Below, in pieces: positions 1 to 13,114 of a DNA stretch of 64,000 nt (positions are counted from its first letter, which is position 1; every line of letters begins with the position of its first letter). The stretch comes from Chlorokybus atmophyticus (taxonomy: Eukaryota > Plantae > Mesostigma and Chlorokybus algae): the NCBI GenBank assembly GCA_009103225.1, contig RHPI01001737.1, forward strand, positions 570,286 to 634,285. The letters run 5' to 3'. The translations under genes and the position numbers were made by a program. Below the pieces are notes generated by a model that was not told the DNA's origin, did not search any database, and worked only from the letters and a program-made list of their open reading frames with translations.

Positions 1-2
1 TG

Positions 3-155
3 TTAGCGAGCAAACAACTCCAGGTGCAAGGGGAGGTGGAGGCGATGCGCAGCGAGATGACGACACTGATGGAGCAGGCGAGGCAGGAGCTTGCCCGCCA
101 ACAGCACAGCACAACAGCAACAAAGACAACAGCATTGGCACCTTTCAGCTTGTGA
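3..155 (+). CDS. Exon of a partial, multi-exon coiled-coil protein gene entering from the left edge; further probable exons to about 1.8 kb
   Basis: Frame from position 3 reads LASKQLQVQGEVEAMRSEMTTLMEQARQELARQQH, a heptad-like helix. Exon-like GC-rich islands bounded by AG/GT follow at about 400-610, 720-830, 1250-1325 and 1650-1800. Exon structure is not resolved. Confidence 0.45.
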   Translation, partial: LASKQLQVQGEVEAMRSEMTTLMEQARQELARQQHSTTATKTTALAPFSL

Positions 156-2125
156 CGTTGACATTGTTGTTGGGGGGTGGTTGCTGACATCTTGTTGTGT
201 GCTCGTGGGAGGGGGGAAGTGATGAGAAAGGCTCTTGTGGACTTGAGGGCCAAGGCGACCCTTGTTGCGGTGGCCTGTACACATGTCCGACCGATGGTGT
301 GTAGACACTCCCGTCGCTAAGAGAGTTGCGCATGCACGCGCGTGCACACGAACATACACGTACGCCCGCACACATGATGACATCTTCTTGTTCAAATCAG
401 TGACATGAGCGGCGAGAGCGCGGAGTGTGGCCGCATTATCGGAGCCGAGCCCACAACACAAAGTCATCCAAAGTCCGGCTTGCCCTTCGTGCGAGCCTAT
501 GCGTGTGCGGGTTGGTGGGATGTATCAGGCAAGGCCACGTGCGGCAGCGGAGACCATGACGGAGGGCAACCTGAATGAGGAGGACACCACCCTTGTTCCA
601 AAGAGCGAGGTGCTGCGTGTACACATGTGTGGTAACCCAACTGCCAGCAGCACCGAACTGCCAATGACACCAATCTGCCAGCAGAACAGCTCACCCACCC
701 GAACGGCCCTGCACGTAGGCAGCGCACAGCGACGGTTACGGTAGAATGGCAGCATGAGCGGCGAGATGCAGAGAGTGGCGGGGAAGAGGGAGAGGGAGAG
801 CGATAGGGAGGGAGTCGTCGTCATTGTGAACTGCCATGTTGCCCGTTGACACCAGCGACTAGCAGCAGCACGTGCGGGCAGGTAATGACAAACGTGTGCA
901 TGGACATGCATGCATCTAACAGGGAAGGCTGGTAGCTGGTAGTTTAGTGCAGTAGGTTAGCGCGGTGGTGACAACGGTGAGATGTATATACTAGTATGCA
1001 AGTAGTGCTTGAGTGGTTGTTGCGCATTAAATGTGTTTGCCTATTAGCACGTCATGTATCCTGTACACATGTGTGGTTGTGCATGTGCTTGCATAGGTGT
1101 ATGTATGCGTGTGGGACATGCGTGTGGTAGACCAATGCATGGCGGCAATGCTGTGTGCTTCAACAGGCATGATTGGATACACACGCGCACACACACACGC
1201 ACTCATATGTGCACGCACACAAAGGCACACACACCATCACACCCACTTGTTTTCCCATGTGCTGGGGCAGCTTCCAACTAAATTGACAGAAGGGGAGCGG
1301 GGGTGCCAGGCTACAGGTGGAAAGGTGTGAACCACGTTGGTCGGCAGAACAGCGTGTCGGAGGAGACTGTATTGTAAGAGTGTGAGGGTGCTACACTGTA
1401 TGGAATTGCTTTTTCTCCGCGCAATGCATAGACTCCGCAAGCAACAGCGTTGTTGCTGTGGCTGCTGCTTGAACACAAAGGTCTCTTTGTCAGCTCGCTC
1501 TCTCTCACTCCCACTGTCACCTGCTGAGGTTGCGCGTGCGAGCCGAGGAGAGGGGATCTGTCCCAAGGTGCTCTGGGATGATGTAGGGTTCTAGCAGGAG
1601 GCAGAAGTGGTGGGGTGGGGTGGGGAGCAGTTGCGGTTGCTATTGTAGAGGTCGACGTCAATGGCATTTTGCGTCAGGGCGTCAAGATCAACAACAACAA
1701 CAACAACAACAGAGGTCAAGCCCCGGAGTCTCATTGCGGCCCGAAATGCCAATGTCGAGGACTCTCAAAAAACGACTTTGATTCCTTGGCTTCAATTGGG
1801 ATGTGCCTTGCCATTGATTGTGCAGGGTGGGATGCGCCAATTCAATCCAACCGTGAGTTTGTTGGTGATACGCGCATGTGTTGTACACACGTGTTGTGCA
1901 CAAATCGGGATGCATCACATCCAATGCCTCAACCCCAAAACAATCAACGCAACATGCTTATCATGCGTACAAAAGCGCTCACCATTAAGCACAAACCCAA
2001 CATACCAACCACTATCTACACATCAAGGTCTGATACATGACCAGTACAGCCGTATATGCACTAGGGTCTACTACATGGACGATGATGCATCAGACAAACA
2101 AAGCGCGTACAGTTGTGCATACCCT

Positions 2126-3460
2126 CTACGTGAAGATATCAGCGTCATCGTCACCCTCAGGCGCAGGCAACTGCAGCCTGGTTGCCACCACCTGTCCATC
2201 TGACCCAGCTTGTACAACCGCCATGCGTGCCAACATGGGTGGAGGATTCTCCATGGCATGCATGCACGCCTGCACAAAGGGAGTGGCCTCCACATTCACC
2301 AGTTGACATATCGCACGGCCATACTCCTGCCATGTGCATGGAGCGACCAACAAATGCTCAGATTTGCCACCTTCCATCTGAGCAACTTCCATCACAACAT
2401 CTGACATGAAGGATTCAGCAGTCATGTGTTTAGCTGGAGTTGAAACCCATGGTGGGAGCTGCAGCTGCATGTGGTGGCCCTGAGCTCGAGCATCGTCATT
2501 GGCAACCTGTATGAAACGGCTCACAGCGGGGTGATCCCAACAGAACAGCAAGGCAGGGTCGTCATCCTCATCCATAATGCAGGAGTCCAGGTACTGACGT
2601 AGCTGCCACAACACAACACCAACACCAACACCAACACATTTAGCTGAGAATAAATAACGACGAATGTGCCCCGTGTGGCTGCATCGAGCAGTTGAGCATG
2701 AGTAACCTGAGGCACAAATTGCTGGTCCTCCGCGGGAGGCACAACGACCATAAGCTCATGAACGGTTGCGCCCATGACCATGATTTGGCAAGGCGTCACC
2801 ACGGCCTGGATCCGTAATAGTATCCGCTGATGCTTCGTCACTGCGTCACTCAACTCTATCTTGGCAGGGGCAAATGAAGACCATACATGCGTGTAGCATG
2901 CATGTGCTCTCTTGTATCGCAAGACGCTGGACGCATTGTGCAACCGCCACAGCATGCATGCGTATTGCTATGAACCTAAGCCCTTTCATCAACGTAACAA
3001 CGTACAGCAGCAGCCGCACAGCTGACCTTGACCTTGATATGGATAGAGTAAGAGGTAGGCGGTAAGCCAAGTCCAACTGTGTCAAAAGCGCAACGCACTT
3101 CTCCTCGCCGCCGCCCACCAAGTCCTCTTCCTCGTCCTCCTCCTCCTCCTCGTTGCCGTCGCCCTTACCGTAAGGGCCTTACTGCACGCACTACAAGCCT
3201 GTGACACTTTGCCCAACATGGCGCATGTCGCCGGCGGTGGCGGACGAGAAGAGGGATGAGGAGGAGGTGTGCTTCATGGACACACAGCAGGCGTATTAAG
3301 CCACACTATACCATCTCGGCGAGGTAAGCTCGCAATGCAAGAAAGCCAACATTTGCAGAGAAAGGAACTTGTGACAACACATCAGGTCTGGTTTGCATGA
3401 CAGGTAGCAGCACTGGCCAACAACAGCAGGCCTCTCCTTCGCCTAACATAATCAGACGCA
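2126..3460 (-). CDS. Hypothetical multi-exon gene or decayed element, function unknown
   Basis: Protein-like minus-strand ORF pieces that could be joined by splicing: LPVMQTRPDVLSQVPFSANVGFLALRAYLAEM, EEEEEDEEEDLVGGGEEKCVALL, KIELSDAVTKHQRILLRIQAVV, LRQYLDSCIMDEDDDPALLFCWDHP...DDDADIFT*. No recognisable family motif. Confidence 0.3.
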
Positions 3461-4660
3461 CCCGATGGGAGCTTTGTAGCTGCACAACAGTTTTGCAGCA
3501 GCAGGCATTGCTCATGCATGCGCGTGTGCATAAGTGTATGTGCGCGTGCATGTATGGTAGCGATGACAATGACAGCAACATGACGACTGCTATGCACGCT
3601 CGCATTGTCTACGCATCTCATCAGCGTGTAACGTGTCGCCAGCTGCAGGAAAATGGCCGCTGTCAACACGGTTCTGTTGATTGGTGATTGCGTTGGCGAG
3701 TACACGACAAGCATAGTGCACACATGTGTGTAGGTGAGTGTGAGTGTGAGTGTGACAGTGTGCGACGCAATCCACTTGCATGCAGGCTAAGTGTCTTCTG
3801 TACACCCACATAAGCACACACACGCACGCATGCATGTGCATACACGAACGGGCACACGCGCTCGCGCACACCTTACCTCACAAATTGAAAGAGTAACACG
3901 CAATTTTCCTCAGAATACCCAAAACCTCTCACACATGCACATGCTGCCCGCCAGGCCACAAGACTCCTCACTGAGTTCCGAAACTTTCCCATCAGCAGAA
4001 AGACCCCTTACAGGCAACTAGCCTCCTGCGTTGCTGTGGTTGTTAGCCCACTTGCTTTGCTGAGGTTTGTTAGCCTTCGCACACCACACAGACGCAACAG
4101 TGCCCTGCCACACAAGGTGCACTGTGTCTGTGCAGGAGCAGGGCGGAAGAGGATTAGGACGAGGAGGAAGAGGAGGAGGAGGAGGAGGAGGAGCAGGCGG
4201 GAGACACTGCGCAGCAGGTGGTGCATTATGTTGCTTGTTGTATGTATATTGGCGGATTGATGCATATGCTGCTGCTTCTTTCATGCCGCCATTCTTGTAT
4301 ATGCACGTGTGTCTATAGTGAGTGATACATTCAATTTCGTTGGTGTGGGGTTCTGCCTGAGTTACACAACTAGCAGATATGCGTTGTTGTTGTTGTTGTG
4401 CCATGTGGCTGCTGCCTGCACTGAAGCACGAAAAAGCCCGAACAGACACACTACACAACAAGAGTAGTTGGTCCCCTCTTGCTTCATCCAAGAAGAGGTG
4501 TCTCAGCTGCCACGTGTGGTCATGCGCACCCCTTATGGCATACACAGGCGTTCATATGGGGTGACTTCGCATCCACGCGCGTGTTGCCAACACTATTCAT
4601 AACAAATGTCCACTCATAACTTTGAATGCCCTATTCGGCTTCAACAACACCACGCGCTCG

Positions 4661-4945
4661 TATCTCTCCTCGGCTGCACCGATGTGCGTGGCTGCGGTGA
4701 TGTTTAGTGTGGGCGATGCCGTGTGCAACACACGCCTCGGGGCACCGTTGCCTCTGACAAGCAAAGGTGATGTGAATACAGCTTTTGGGATTATCATCGC
4801 GAATCATTATCTCTCCTCAGCCGCACCGATGTGCGTGGCTGCGGCGATGTTTGGTGTGGGCGATGCCGTGTACAACACACGTCTCGAGGCACTGTTGCCT
4901 CTAACAAGCAAAGGTGATGAATAAAACTTTTGGGATCATCATCGC
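4661..4945. repeat. Diverged direct tandem duplication, two copies of about 147 bp
   Basis: TATCTCTCCTC(G/A)GC(T/C)GCACCGATGTGCGTGGCTGCGG...ACAAGCAAAGGTGATG...TTTTGGGAT(T/C)ATCATCGC starts at 4661 and again at 4808. Confidence 0.9.
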
Positions 4946-6829
4946 TCGCCACATGAGGTGGCGAGGGCTTCTGAGCGGCGCCACAGCTATCATGCCTTGC
5001 AACCGCGCATGGGGTTGGTATACAAGTTAAGAGTGTGGGTTTGGCTGTTATAGCAGCTGTTGCACTCGTATTTTGCACCGGTTGCGGTCAGTGCGAGGGA
5101 AAAAAGACAACATGCACACATCAAGTCACAATGAATGGCCTGCTCGATTAATCATACTATGCACTTGCGAGTTGTGTATTGTTTCACATACAAGTTGTCA
5201 CTAGTGAATTTAATGACTTGCAGTAACTGCTAAGTCACTGCTATTGCCATGTACTTAACTTTAAACCTCAGGCACAGCATGGTGCAATACCAATGTTGGT
5301 GCTTACAGTTGGTTCACAATTGTCAATGATTACTCATCATGCCTTTGCACACCCGTGCTCACTCCGAGTCTAAAGAGTCCTCTCAGATTCACAAGCTTAC
5401 ACATGTGTTTCTATTATAGCAGTATGTGTCTTATGCATGAGTGCATACGGTGGTGGTATTTGCAGCATGCAGATGCATTGGTTTGCTTGCATGCGGTGGA
5501 TGCTGTGCAAATGCATGTGTGGGTATGAGTTGCTCGCATATCTTGTACACGCGAACGCCCTCAGCAGTGCACGGGAACATACCCAGCCATATAACAAAAT
5601 GATGATTAGGAATGTCCAATCACTTTAAGTCATTTAAGGTCATTCATGACATTCCAACTTGTTCTTTGCAATTTCTTAGTTTGTTTGCAAACAACCTTTA
5701 TAGCATGCCATAAACTGTTACTGACGGGGCTAGCAAATGGCATAGAAGTTTGTACAAACTCTATGCGTTACTATTGTTTTGGGGGTTTGCTTTACACATT
5801 ACCGAATCATCCGCTAATTAAAAGTTAAATCGATCTCTCTTCTCCCAAAAATAAAACCTAAAAAACAAATTGACCTCTCCTCTCCATAATGGATTTCGAT
5901 TGGAAGCAAATCCAAATCCATAACATAATTGTTAGATTACTCTCAATTGATGATCATCAATAGCTGCTACAGAAGGAGAACTTATTTATTAACTCTAACC
6001 AAGTGCATTAATGTTTACAAGCCGTTTAGCCTGCAGGCAGCATAGCAGCTAATGATTACCAGTAGCACGCTATGCTGATAGTTGCCAATGGATTCTCTGT
6101 AGACTACCTGCCGCTATAGCTGTGCGAGGTATAATTCAATTCCAAGCCAAGCAGCAGTCACCGTCCTGTTCGTGGTTCTTGAAGCACCTCGTTTTCAAGT
6201 TTTACGAAGGTAGCTTAAGCAAAAAGATTGACATTGTTTTCTTGCGTATAATGGGAATTGGATTCATATACTCTGCACGTAATTGATTGAATTTGTATTA
6301 TTACTTTTTTAATCTTACGGGGCATCTCTAAAGAGTTTTGTGTGCCACGGAAGTTGCATTGTTCGATGCGCCAATGAGCAGCCGCGCAACAATGTTGCCA
6401 TCTCTATGCAACTTTGCTGCATGTAAGGGGGGTAAATGCATCGAGTACTGCATACGCAGCATTCCATCTTATCAATTCGTGATAGCTTCCTGTAGTAGTT
6501 CTTTGATATATAACTTGTTAGCTATCTACTTAATTAATAAAGTTATCTTGTGGAGATACCGTGGTGCGCTACATGGCCGATATAACAAAAACAAAGAGAG
6601 TAACATCATCATCGTCGTTTGCAAACTGTATATGCAAGTTTCCCCGCATACGGCTCTTCAAACACCGAAAGTTTTTTAATTAGGTTGCATGCATGCATGC
6701 AGTGCAATGAAGCAACCATTGGACAAATCAAAAGTTTTCGTAAAGGTGGTAGTAATTTGTAAGCACGTGAAACATTGTCTGCTTACCAAATGTACAACCA
6801 TCCGTTGATAATGCCCCTTTCTCAATGTC

Positions 6830-7189
6830 TGCCCCCCCCCCCCCCCCCCNNNNNNNNNNNNNNNNNNNNNNNNNNNNNNNNNNNNNNNNNNNNNNNNNNN
6901 NNNNNNNNNNNNNNNNNNNNNNNNNNNNNNNNNNNNNNNNNNNNNNNNNNNNNNNNNNNNNNNNNNNNNNNNNNNNNNNNNNNNNNNNNNNNNNNNNNNN
7001 NNNNNNNNNNNNNNNNNNNNNNNNNNNNNNNNNNNNNNNNNNNNNNNNNNNNNNNNNNNNNNNNNNNNNNNNNNNNNNNNNNNNNNNNNNNNNNNNNNNN
7101 NNNNNNNNNNNNNNNNNNNNNNNNNNNNNNNNNNNNNNNNNNNNNNNNNNNNNNNNNNNNNNNNNNNNNNNNNNNNNNNNNNNNNNNNN
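6830..7189. other. Assembly gap (N run 6850-7189) preceded by a C homopolymer
   Basis: Seen directly in the sequence. Confidence 0.97.
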
Positions 7190-8658
7190 ATGCCCCATGC
7201 ATCACATCCAATGCGTCATCCCCCCTCCCTCCCTCCCCCCTCGTAGAGGACACGACGGGCCCCCCCTCGTGTTAATGAAGGTACGTACTTGAGCACATCA
7301 AGCAAAAAGAGGTATTGCAGCGAGTTTCAATGACAATGATAAACTATATTGAACTGTAAAATGTATGATTACGATAACATCTGCAATACAAAGCAAATTT
7401 TAAATTTATCACAATGTGGATGTACGCTCATGGTAGGGGGAGGATACAAATAAGTAGTTACGAGCAGGCTCCTATAAAGAGCAAGCCTTGCTCCTTATCA
7501 AAAAGAGTAGAATGGAGGCTCCACTTTGTTATTCATCAGCTTTCCCCACAGGAAGCCAAACGGCTTCTGCCGTCTGCCAATGATTGCCACCTGGCCGGAG
7601 GCATACCCACCAGCCCTCATTATTGCCGCCACACAACGCATTTCTCTACCTCAAGTTCACTCAGGCAGTCAACCACTGGCAGCAGTGCACAGTGCGCACT
7701 GTGCAGCGCCCCCACTTTCGCGGCGGAAGTTGTACCGCAACAAACAAACAGGCAAAGGCCATGTTCGGGGCTTAGTCAGAACGAGCCGTACTGCGCTGCA
7801 TCGTTGCTTTCCGTTGCTTGTCTCCCTCCGGAGAGGTGTCCGCACCAACCAGATGCCTGCACGTGGGCGTACTTTGCATGGTGGAAAGCGAAAAAGGCCA
7901 AAAAGGCCAGAAGGTTTGGGGGGCAAGCAAGGTGGCGGTGCGGCGCGAGGCGGGCTCTGGCCTGGGCTGGCTAGGCCTAGTTGGTTGCAGCGAGAAGCAG
8001 GTGGCGCACGTCCCGTCTCGTTGTTGAGGTCTCCGCCGTTGTTGTTGTTGTTGCCGAAGAGGTCGAATTGTCAGTGTCAGAGTACTTGTTGGCAACTGCT
8101 GCCAAGTGCAGAGGCTAATCAGTTTTGATCGCATTGAAGCTTGAGGGGTGGGCCTAGCTTGGCTTGGGTTGGGGTTTAGGTGTCCTGTGCTTAAGTATGG
8201 TATGGCGGGCATGCGGCGGCGGGTGAAGAGGATGAGGAGGCGGAGGAGGAAGGCGCGGCCGCCGCCGCCCTCACCCCAACAGTGACAGGTGAGGTGACAC
8301 GGATCCAATGTGATGTCGCAGCAGAGGAGGTTGTCGTTTCCTATGACTTGACGTGCATTCATCTGAGGCTGCCTTGCAATGCCGCTGTATTAGCAACGTG
8401 CTAGCATGCTGACTAGCTGGAATGCTGATCTGGTCTATCGATTCATGCAAGGTCTACACACAGCCTAATTGGGGTGCAGGGTTGAAGCAGCTGGAGCTGG
8501 TCTACCGCGTGGCAAACAGCAGACAAGTGCATGAACCACCATCCGTGCAAGTGGGCTTTGGCCGAACTGGAGTCTCTTAGAGGCAAAGTTTATTGGTTGT
8601 AAGCGTGGAGAAGCAAACCTGTTAAAGGCGTGAGGGGATCAGAGGGAATTCTTTAGAA

Positions 8659-11600
8659 ATGGCCTTGGTTTTGTATGCCACCCTGGACCCTATGTTGAGG
8701 AGTATCATGAACCTCATCTCTGAGGCGCAAAATGCCACTGGCGCATGCAAGGCGCATCACGGTGCAGTGTGCCAGCTGGCATCACGCATCCAGTCACTGG
8801 AACCCGTCTTGAAACAGATCACTGCAAAGGTGTGCATAGCGAATGACAGGCTGAATTGCAATTGCAACGCCTCACACAGCTTGCAAGCAACATGCCACTC
8901 ATTTGTCAGTGACAGCTTTCTGAACTGAAGCATTTATAGCATAATTGTGCTATGCTGTCTGTTTGCTTTGCTCATGTTTGCTACACATGTTTGCTACTAA
9001 AACAATTCGACATCAGAGCTCTGGCGCACAAGCTGGTGACGCTGCTGGCGGCCAGCGAATGCTGGAGCGCTTGCACGAAGTCCTGCAAGAAGCTCAGGAT
9101 CTACTCAACAAGTGCACCAAGTACAGGTATGCACTATTGTTGCATACCAGTTTCTGCATGTTGTATGCTGCAGTGCACATCTTCTGATCGTTGATGACTG
9201 GTCATTGTGCTGAAGCCGGCTCAAGTTAATTTTAAAGAGCAAGGAGCTTGGGATCCGCTTCAGCATGGTGTCATCCCAGATCGACCGCTGCCTGCACAAC
9301 TTCACATTGTAAGTGCGTGTGTCGGTTACGGCTTTTGTAAGACATGCGACGGGCATAGCGTACTTGAGGCAATTTACACCCTTTTATACTTGTGCTGCTC
9401 ATTTGTTATTGCCTCAACAACAGATATCAAACGCTGGTCTCGGGAGAGGCGCTGCTGGTGATTCAGGATATTCGCCGACAGTTGCAGCAAGATGTGGTGC
9501 GCGTGGCCAACATGACCGAATCCGTCCCGCAGGATATGCAACAGCAGGTACAGTGAGGCAGCTCGTGCGTGGACAACACTCGCGGCTCACAGCTGATGAG
9601 ACATCTCTGTTATGCATCGCAGCTGGCCGATCTGAGCAATGCCAGGATGACGTCCGGACAGCGACAGCTGGTTCTGGAAAACCTAGCCACTTCGCTGCAC
9701 ATGCCACTGGCCGAAGTCAAAAGCGAGTGCGCGGCTCTACGCCTGGAGTTGCAGTCCTTGCAATCGAAGAAGAGCGGACAAGACGATGATAATCTGGATG
9801 AGCAGGTGAGTACACAGCGTCATTGGCACTGATGATGTCATATGATTTCAAAGCAACCTGCTGCCGGTTTAGAGAACATATGCATACACGTGTTGACTGC
9901 TTCTGACAACACAAATGTGATTTCACAGATGGCAGCACTGGTCATGGCTCTGTCCAGCACTTCAGTGGGCAATACTGCAGCGCTCTCGGTGGATGTAAAC
10001 TTATTGAGCTCACAGCGCACGGCCAGCAGCATCCCGGAGGACTTGATCTGTCCCCTCTGTGACGAGCTCATGTACGACCCCGTTGTTGTCTCTGAGTCCG
10101 GGCACCTGTATGACCGCGCGTGCATACAACGCCAGTTTGAGCAGGGCTCTCGTATCTGCCCACTGTCATCCACCCCACTTGAGGAGCTCAACCTGGTGTC
10201 TGTGATCAGGTACAAACTGACTAACACTTAAACTGCAATGTTGTCAACTGAACAATGCTGCTGGGCAATGATTGCCCTTGCCTGTCACTGTGGTGGGCAA
10301 CTGAGTCAATGTTGGCAAAGGTACCGCGAGCGGTGTCGGGATTGTGCCGAAGCTCTTGACATTGCTTTCCCATCCGAACATCATAAACCGGTGGCCAGCG
10401 GTCGACATCACAGGAGCAGGTCCGATGGCGTTGATGTTCCGGCAGGGAGTTTATCCCCTAGGCGCACGCTGGCGGACGCACACTCAGAACTACACTTGGG
10501 TACGAATTCTTGCATGTTGCCACAGCATTGTAGCCAAGCAAACTGACTGCAAACTTGTTTTAGTCAGTGTGTGTTTCTGACAAGTGGACTGAGCAGAACA
10601 CCATGAGGCTGTCAGTCCAGATGGACGGTTTGGAGTTGGAGTTGGAAGTCCAACATACATTGGCGCGCTTCGCGGCAGGTTGGGTATGGTGCCCAACACT
10701 AGAGGTCTGGCCCATGTTCGTAGTGAGCCCGACTTAACCAACCTGCCCGCTATGCATGCTCGCGCTGGACCTGTTTATGCAAACACACGGCAAGAAGCCG
10801 GCAATGTGGGCATGGGTGGGTACGTCCAACCTGACCACTACTCCCCAAGAGGCGCGCCCGCTCCAGCGATGAACATGTCTGGACTATCGCGTGTTTCATT
10901 CGATATGGTTCGTGGTCGGAGCGAACTGCATGCGAGCGGCTTTGAACAAGCTTCAGTTGGAGGCGTGCAAGTGAAGATGATCGCGCAGGTAGGCGGCCAC
11001 GGCTCCCAACAGTTCTGCTTGCAGCTGCCCAACGGCACAATGGTAACGTGCGTTATGTTGGAGTTCAATGCTAGCGTCCTGTCGGTGATCGGCCACCACT
11101 GCGTCGTGGAGTTGTTTGTGGATGCTTCTTCGGTCCGCACAGCAGTGGTGGCTGCACCACTTGTGTCCAGCACCGGAGACACAACTCTTCCGGGCATGGC
11201 GAGGTTGTTCGTGCGCGGGGAGTTGCTCAGCGTGCAAGCTGAGGGCAAGCTGCTGCTGCTGGATGCTGGCATAGAAATAGCGTCCACGTGTGGCAACCGC
11301 CATCCTGGCAGCTTTGCTGATGGGGACTGGCTTGAGGTTGAGGGCATCCCCTCATTCCGTCTCTTAAGACCCATGGCGACCATATCCTCGCCCAAGCCCA
11401 TGTCACGCCCGCGGCGTGCGTCAACCAATACCGCGCCAGATCTTGGCGGTTGGGGTGTCAACATCGGACAAGCACTGAGCACGCCTTCACCGCCCTTCAT
11501 GGCATCTCCAATGCACTCCCCCATTGCACGGCCAAGAATGTCATCGCCTTTGTCATCAGCACAGTTGGACCCGTTTGATGTCAGGCTGCTCGCGCTTAGA

Positions 11601-12883
11601 AACAGCGCGCAGCAAGGCGCCAACATGTCGGCATTTGATGTGGCTCAATCTGGCTCGCAAAGGCCTTCAACCAACTTTGCGTCGTCCTCATCATCCTCCA
11701 CAGGCAGTCCGCACGACTTCTCTTTTGCGAGCACCACGCAATGGAGAATGTCATCCACTGTACCGAGAGGCTCGTCAAGCGACTCCACAAACTCAGCCCA
11801 AGGCACACCCAGCATGTCGGGTCTTGTGGCCTCGCCCGTCTGGCGGCCATCGGGCTTGGGCTCGGGCTCATCAGGGACCCTCGACAACAATGCGCTGGCG
11901 TTGCCAATGGCCATGCAGGGCGGGCTCCTGCGCTGCGCCGTGTGGGACCAAGTGGGACTGCGCTGGCAGTTTGCGGACGAAGCACCCGTTGCCCAACTTG
12001 AAGGCCACACCAGCGCAGTCACCGCGCTCATTGCAACCAAGTGGACGCTGTATTCGGGGTCCAAAGATGGCAGCATCCGAATGTGGGGCACTGGAGACTT
12101 TGTCAGTAAAGGTAAGAAGCATGGACACGTATGAACAGCGTACCAAGGTTGGAGTGCACATGCTACATTAACGACTGGTCTATCAGGAGTGCTGCGTGGG
12201 CATGGCTCGCCAGTGACAGCCTTATGCTTGGGTATGGACTTTCTCATAAGCGCTGCTGAGGATGGCAAAATCAAGGTATGCGTGCGTGCTGTGCGCAGAA
12301 AACTGAAACGTCAGCTATAGCAGTTGGTCTGATGTTGACGTTGTGGCAGTTTTGGAAGCTGGATGACAATGACTGCGCGCACACGTTCAAGGCACACTCG
12401 TGCAAGGTCACGGCCATTGCGGCGTCCGGTGACATGCTGTACACGGCGGCCGTAGACGGCGTGATCAAGGAGTGGCGTCTCTCGGCGGGGTGGCTCGGCT
12501 TTGGCAAGCAGACCAAGTGCGTGCGTAAGGTCCAGGGCCACCGCAACTCTGTGTCGGCGGTCGCGACGTGCGGGAACCGCAACAACAACTGGCTCTTCAC
12601 CGCGTCGGTGTTCGGCAGCATCAAGCCGTGGCACCTGCCGGACTTACAACCCCTTCAGTGCGAGATGAGGCACTTCCGCGCCGTGAGCATGCTGCGTTGT
12701 GACAACGACATGTTGTTCAGCTCTGCCGCCGACCATACCGTCAAGACGTGGGGACTACCCGAGATGAACTGCATCTACACACTGCAAGGGTACTCCAACG
12801 AGTTCCTTGCCACCGTGCAGTTCGGGCCGTACGTATGCACGAGCTCCGCCGATGAAAACTGTATTCGTGTTTGGCAGCGGTGA
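8659..12883 (+). CDS. Plant-type U-box E3 ubiquitin ligase: N-terminal helical bundle (UND/MLKL-NTD-like), U-box, C-terminal WD40 repeats
   Basis: Spliced model. The N-terminus (VCQLASRIQSLEPVLKQI; RMLERLHEVLQEAQDLLNKCTK) resembles PUB UND domains. U-box IPEDLICPLCDELMYDPVVVSESGHLYDRACIQRQFEQGSRICPLS at about 10030-10170. WD repeats LEGHTSAVTAL...LYSGSKDGSIRMWG, AHSCKVTAI...LYTAAVDGVIKEW, GHRNSVSAV, FSSAADHTVKTW and SSADENCIRVW. Confidence 0.85.
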
Positions 12884-13114
12884 TTGTGGTGTGGACACGT
12901 GAGCATGTTAGAGCACAGTAGGTTTGAATTGTGTGTGCGCATTATTGTGATGATAGATGACATATTTTGTAGGTTGCACATTCATGGGCTGGCTACAGGC
13001 TGGTGCATCGGTACCCCTCCACTGCTACAATGTCGCATGTATGTAGATGTTCTGCTGTATTTTCCTACATAGGTAGGTGGAACACTTCTACGGAAACTAC
13101 TCTATATCTGTCTG

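Noticed and set aside
4661-4945. Possible CRISPR-like or regulatory array
   Set aside because: Only two long diverged units with no spacer structure, in a eukaryotic context. No CRISPR array was seen anywhere in the window.
6728-7292. ORFs spanning the N run
   Set aside because: They are open only because of Ns; the same applies to the ORFs across 60635-60881.
7414-8362. Cys/His-containing overlapping ORFs upstream of the U-box gene
   Set aside because: No coherent zinc-finger spacing, splice structure or family motif; possibly TE debris.
10838-11626. 262-aa minus-strand ORF, and likewise the 390-aa ORF at 34437-35609
   Set aside because: Antisense shadows of GC-rich real exons (U-box and rhodanese genes), with no motifs of their own.
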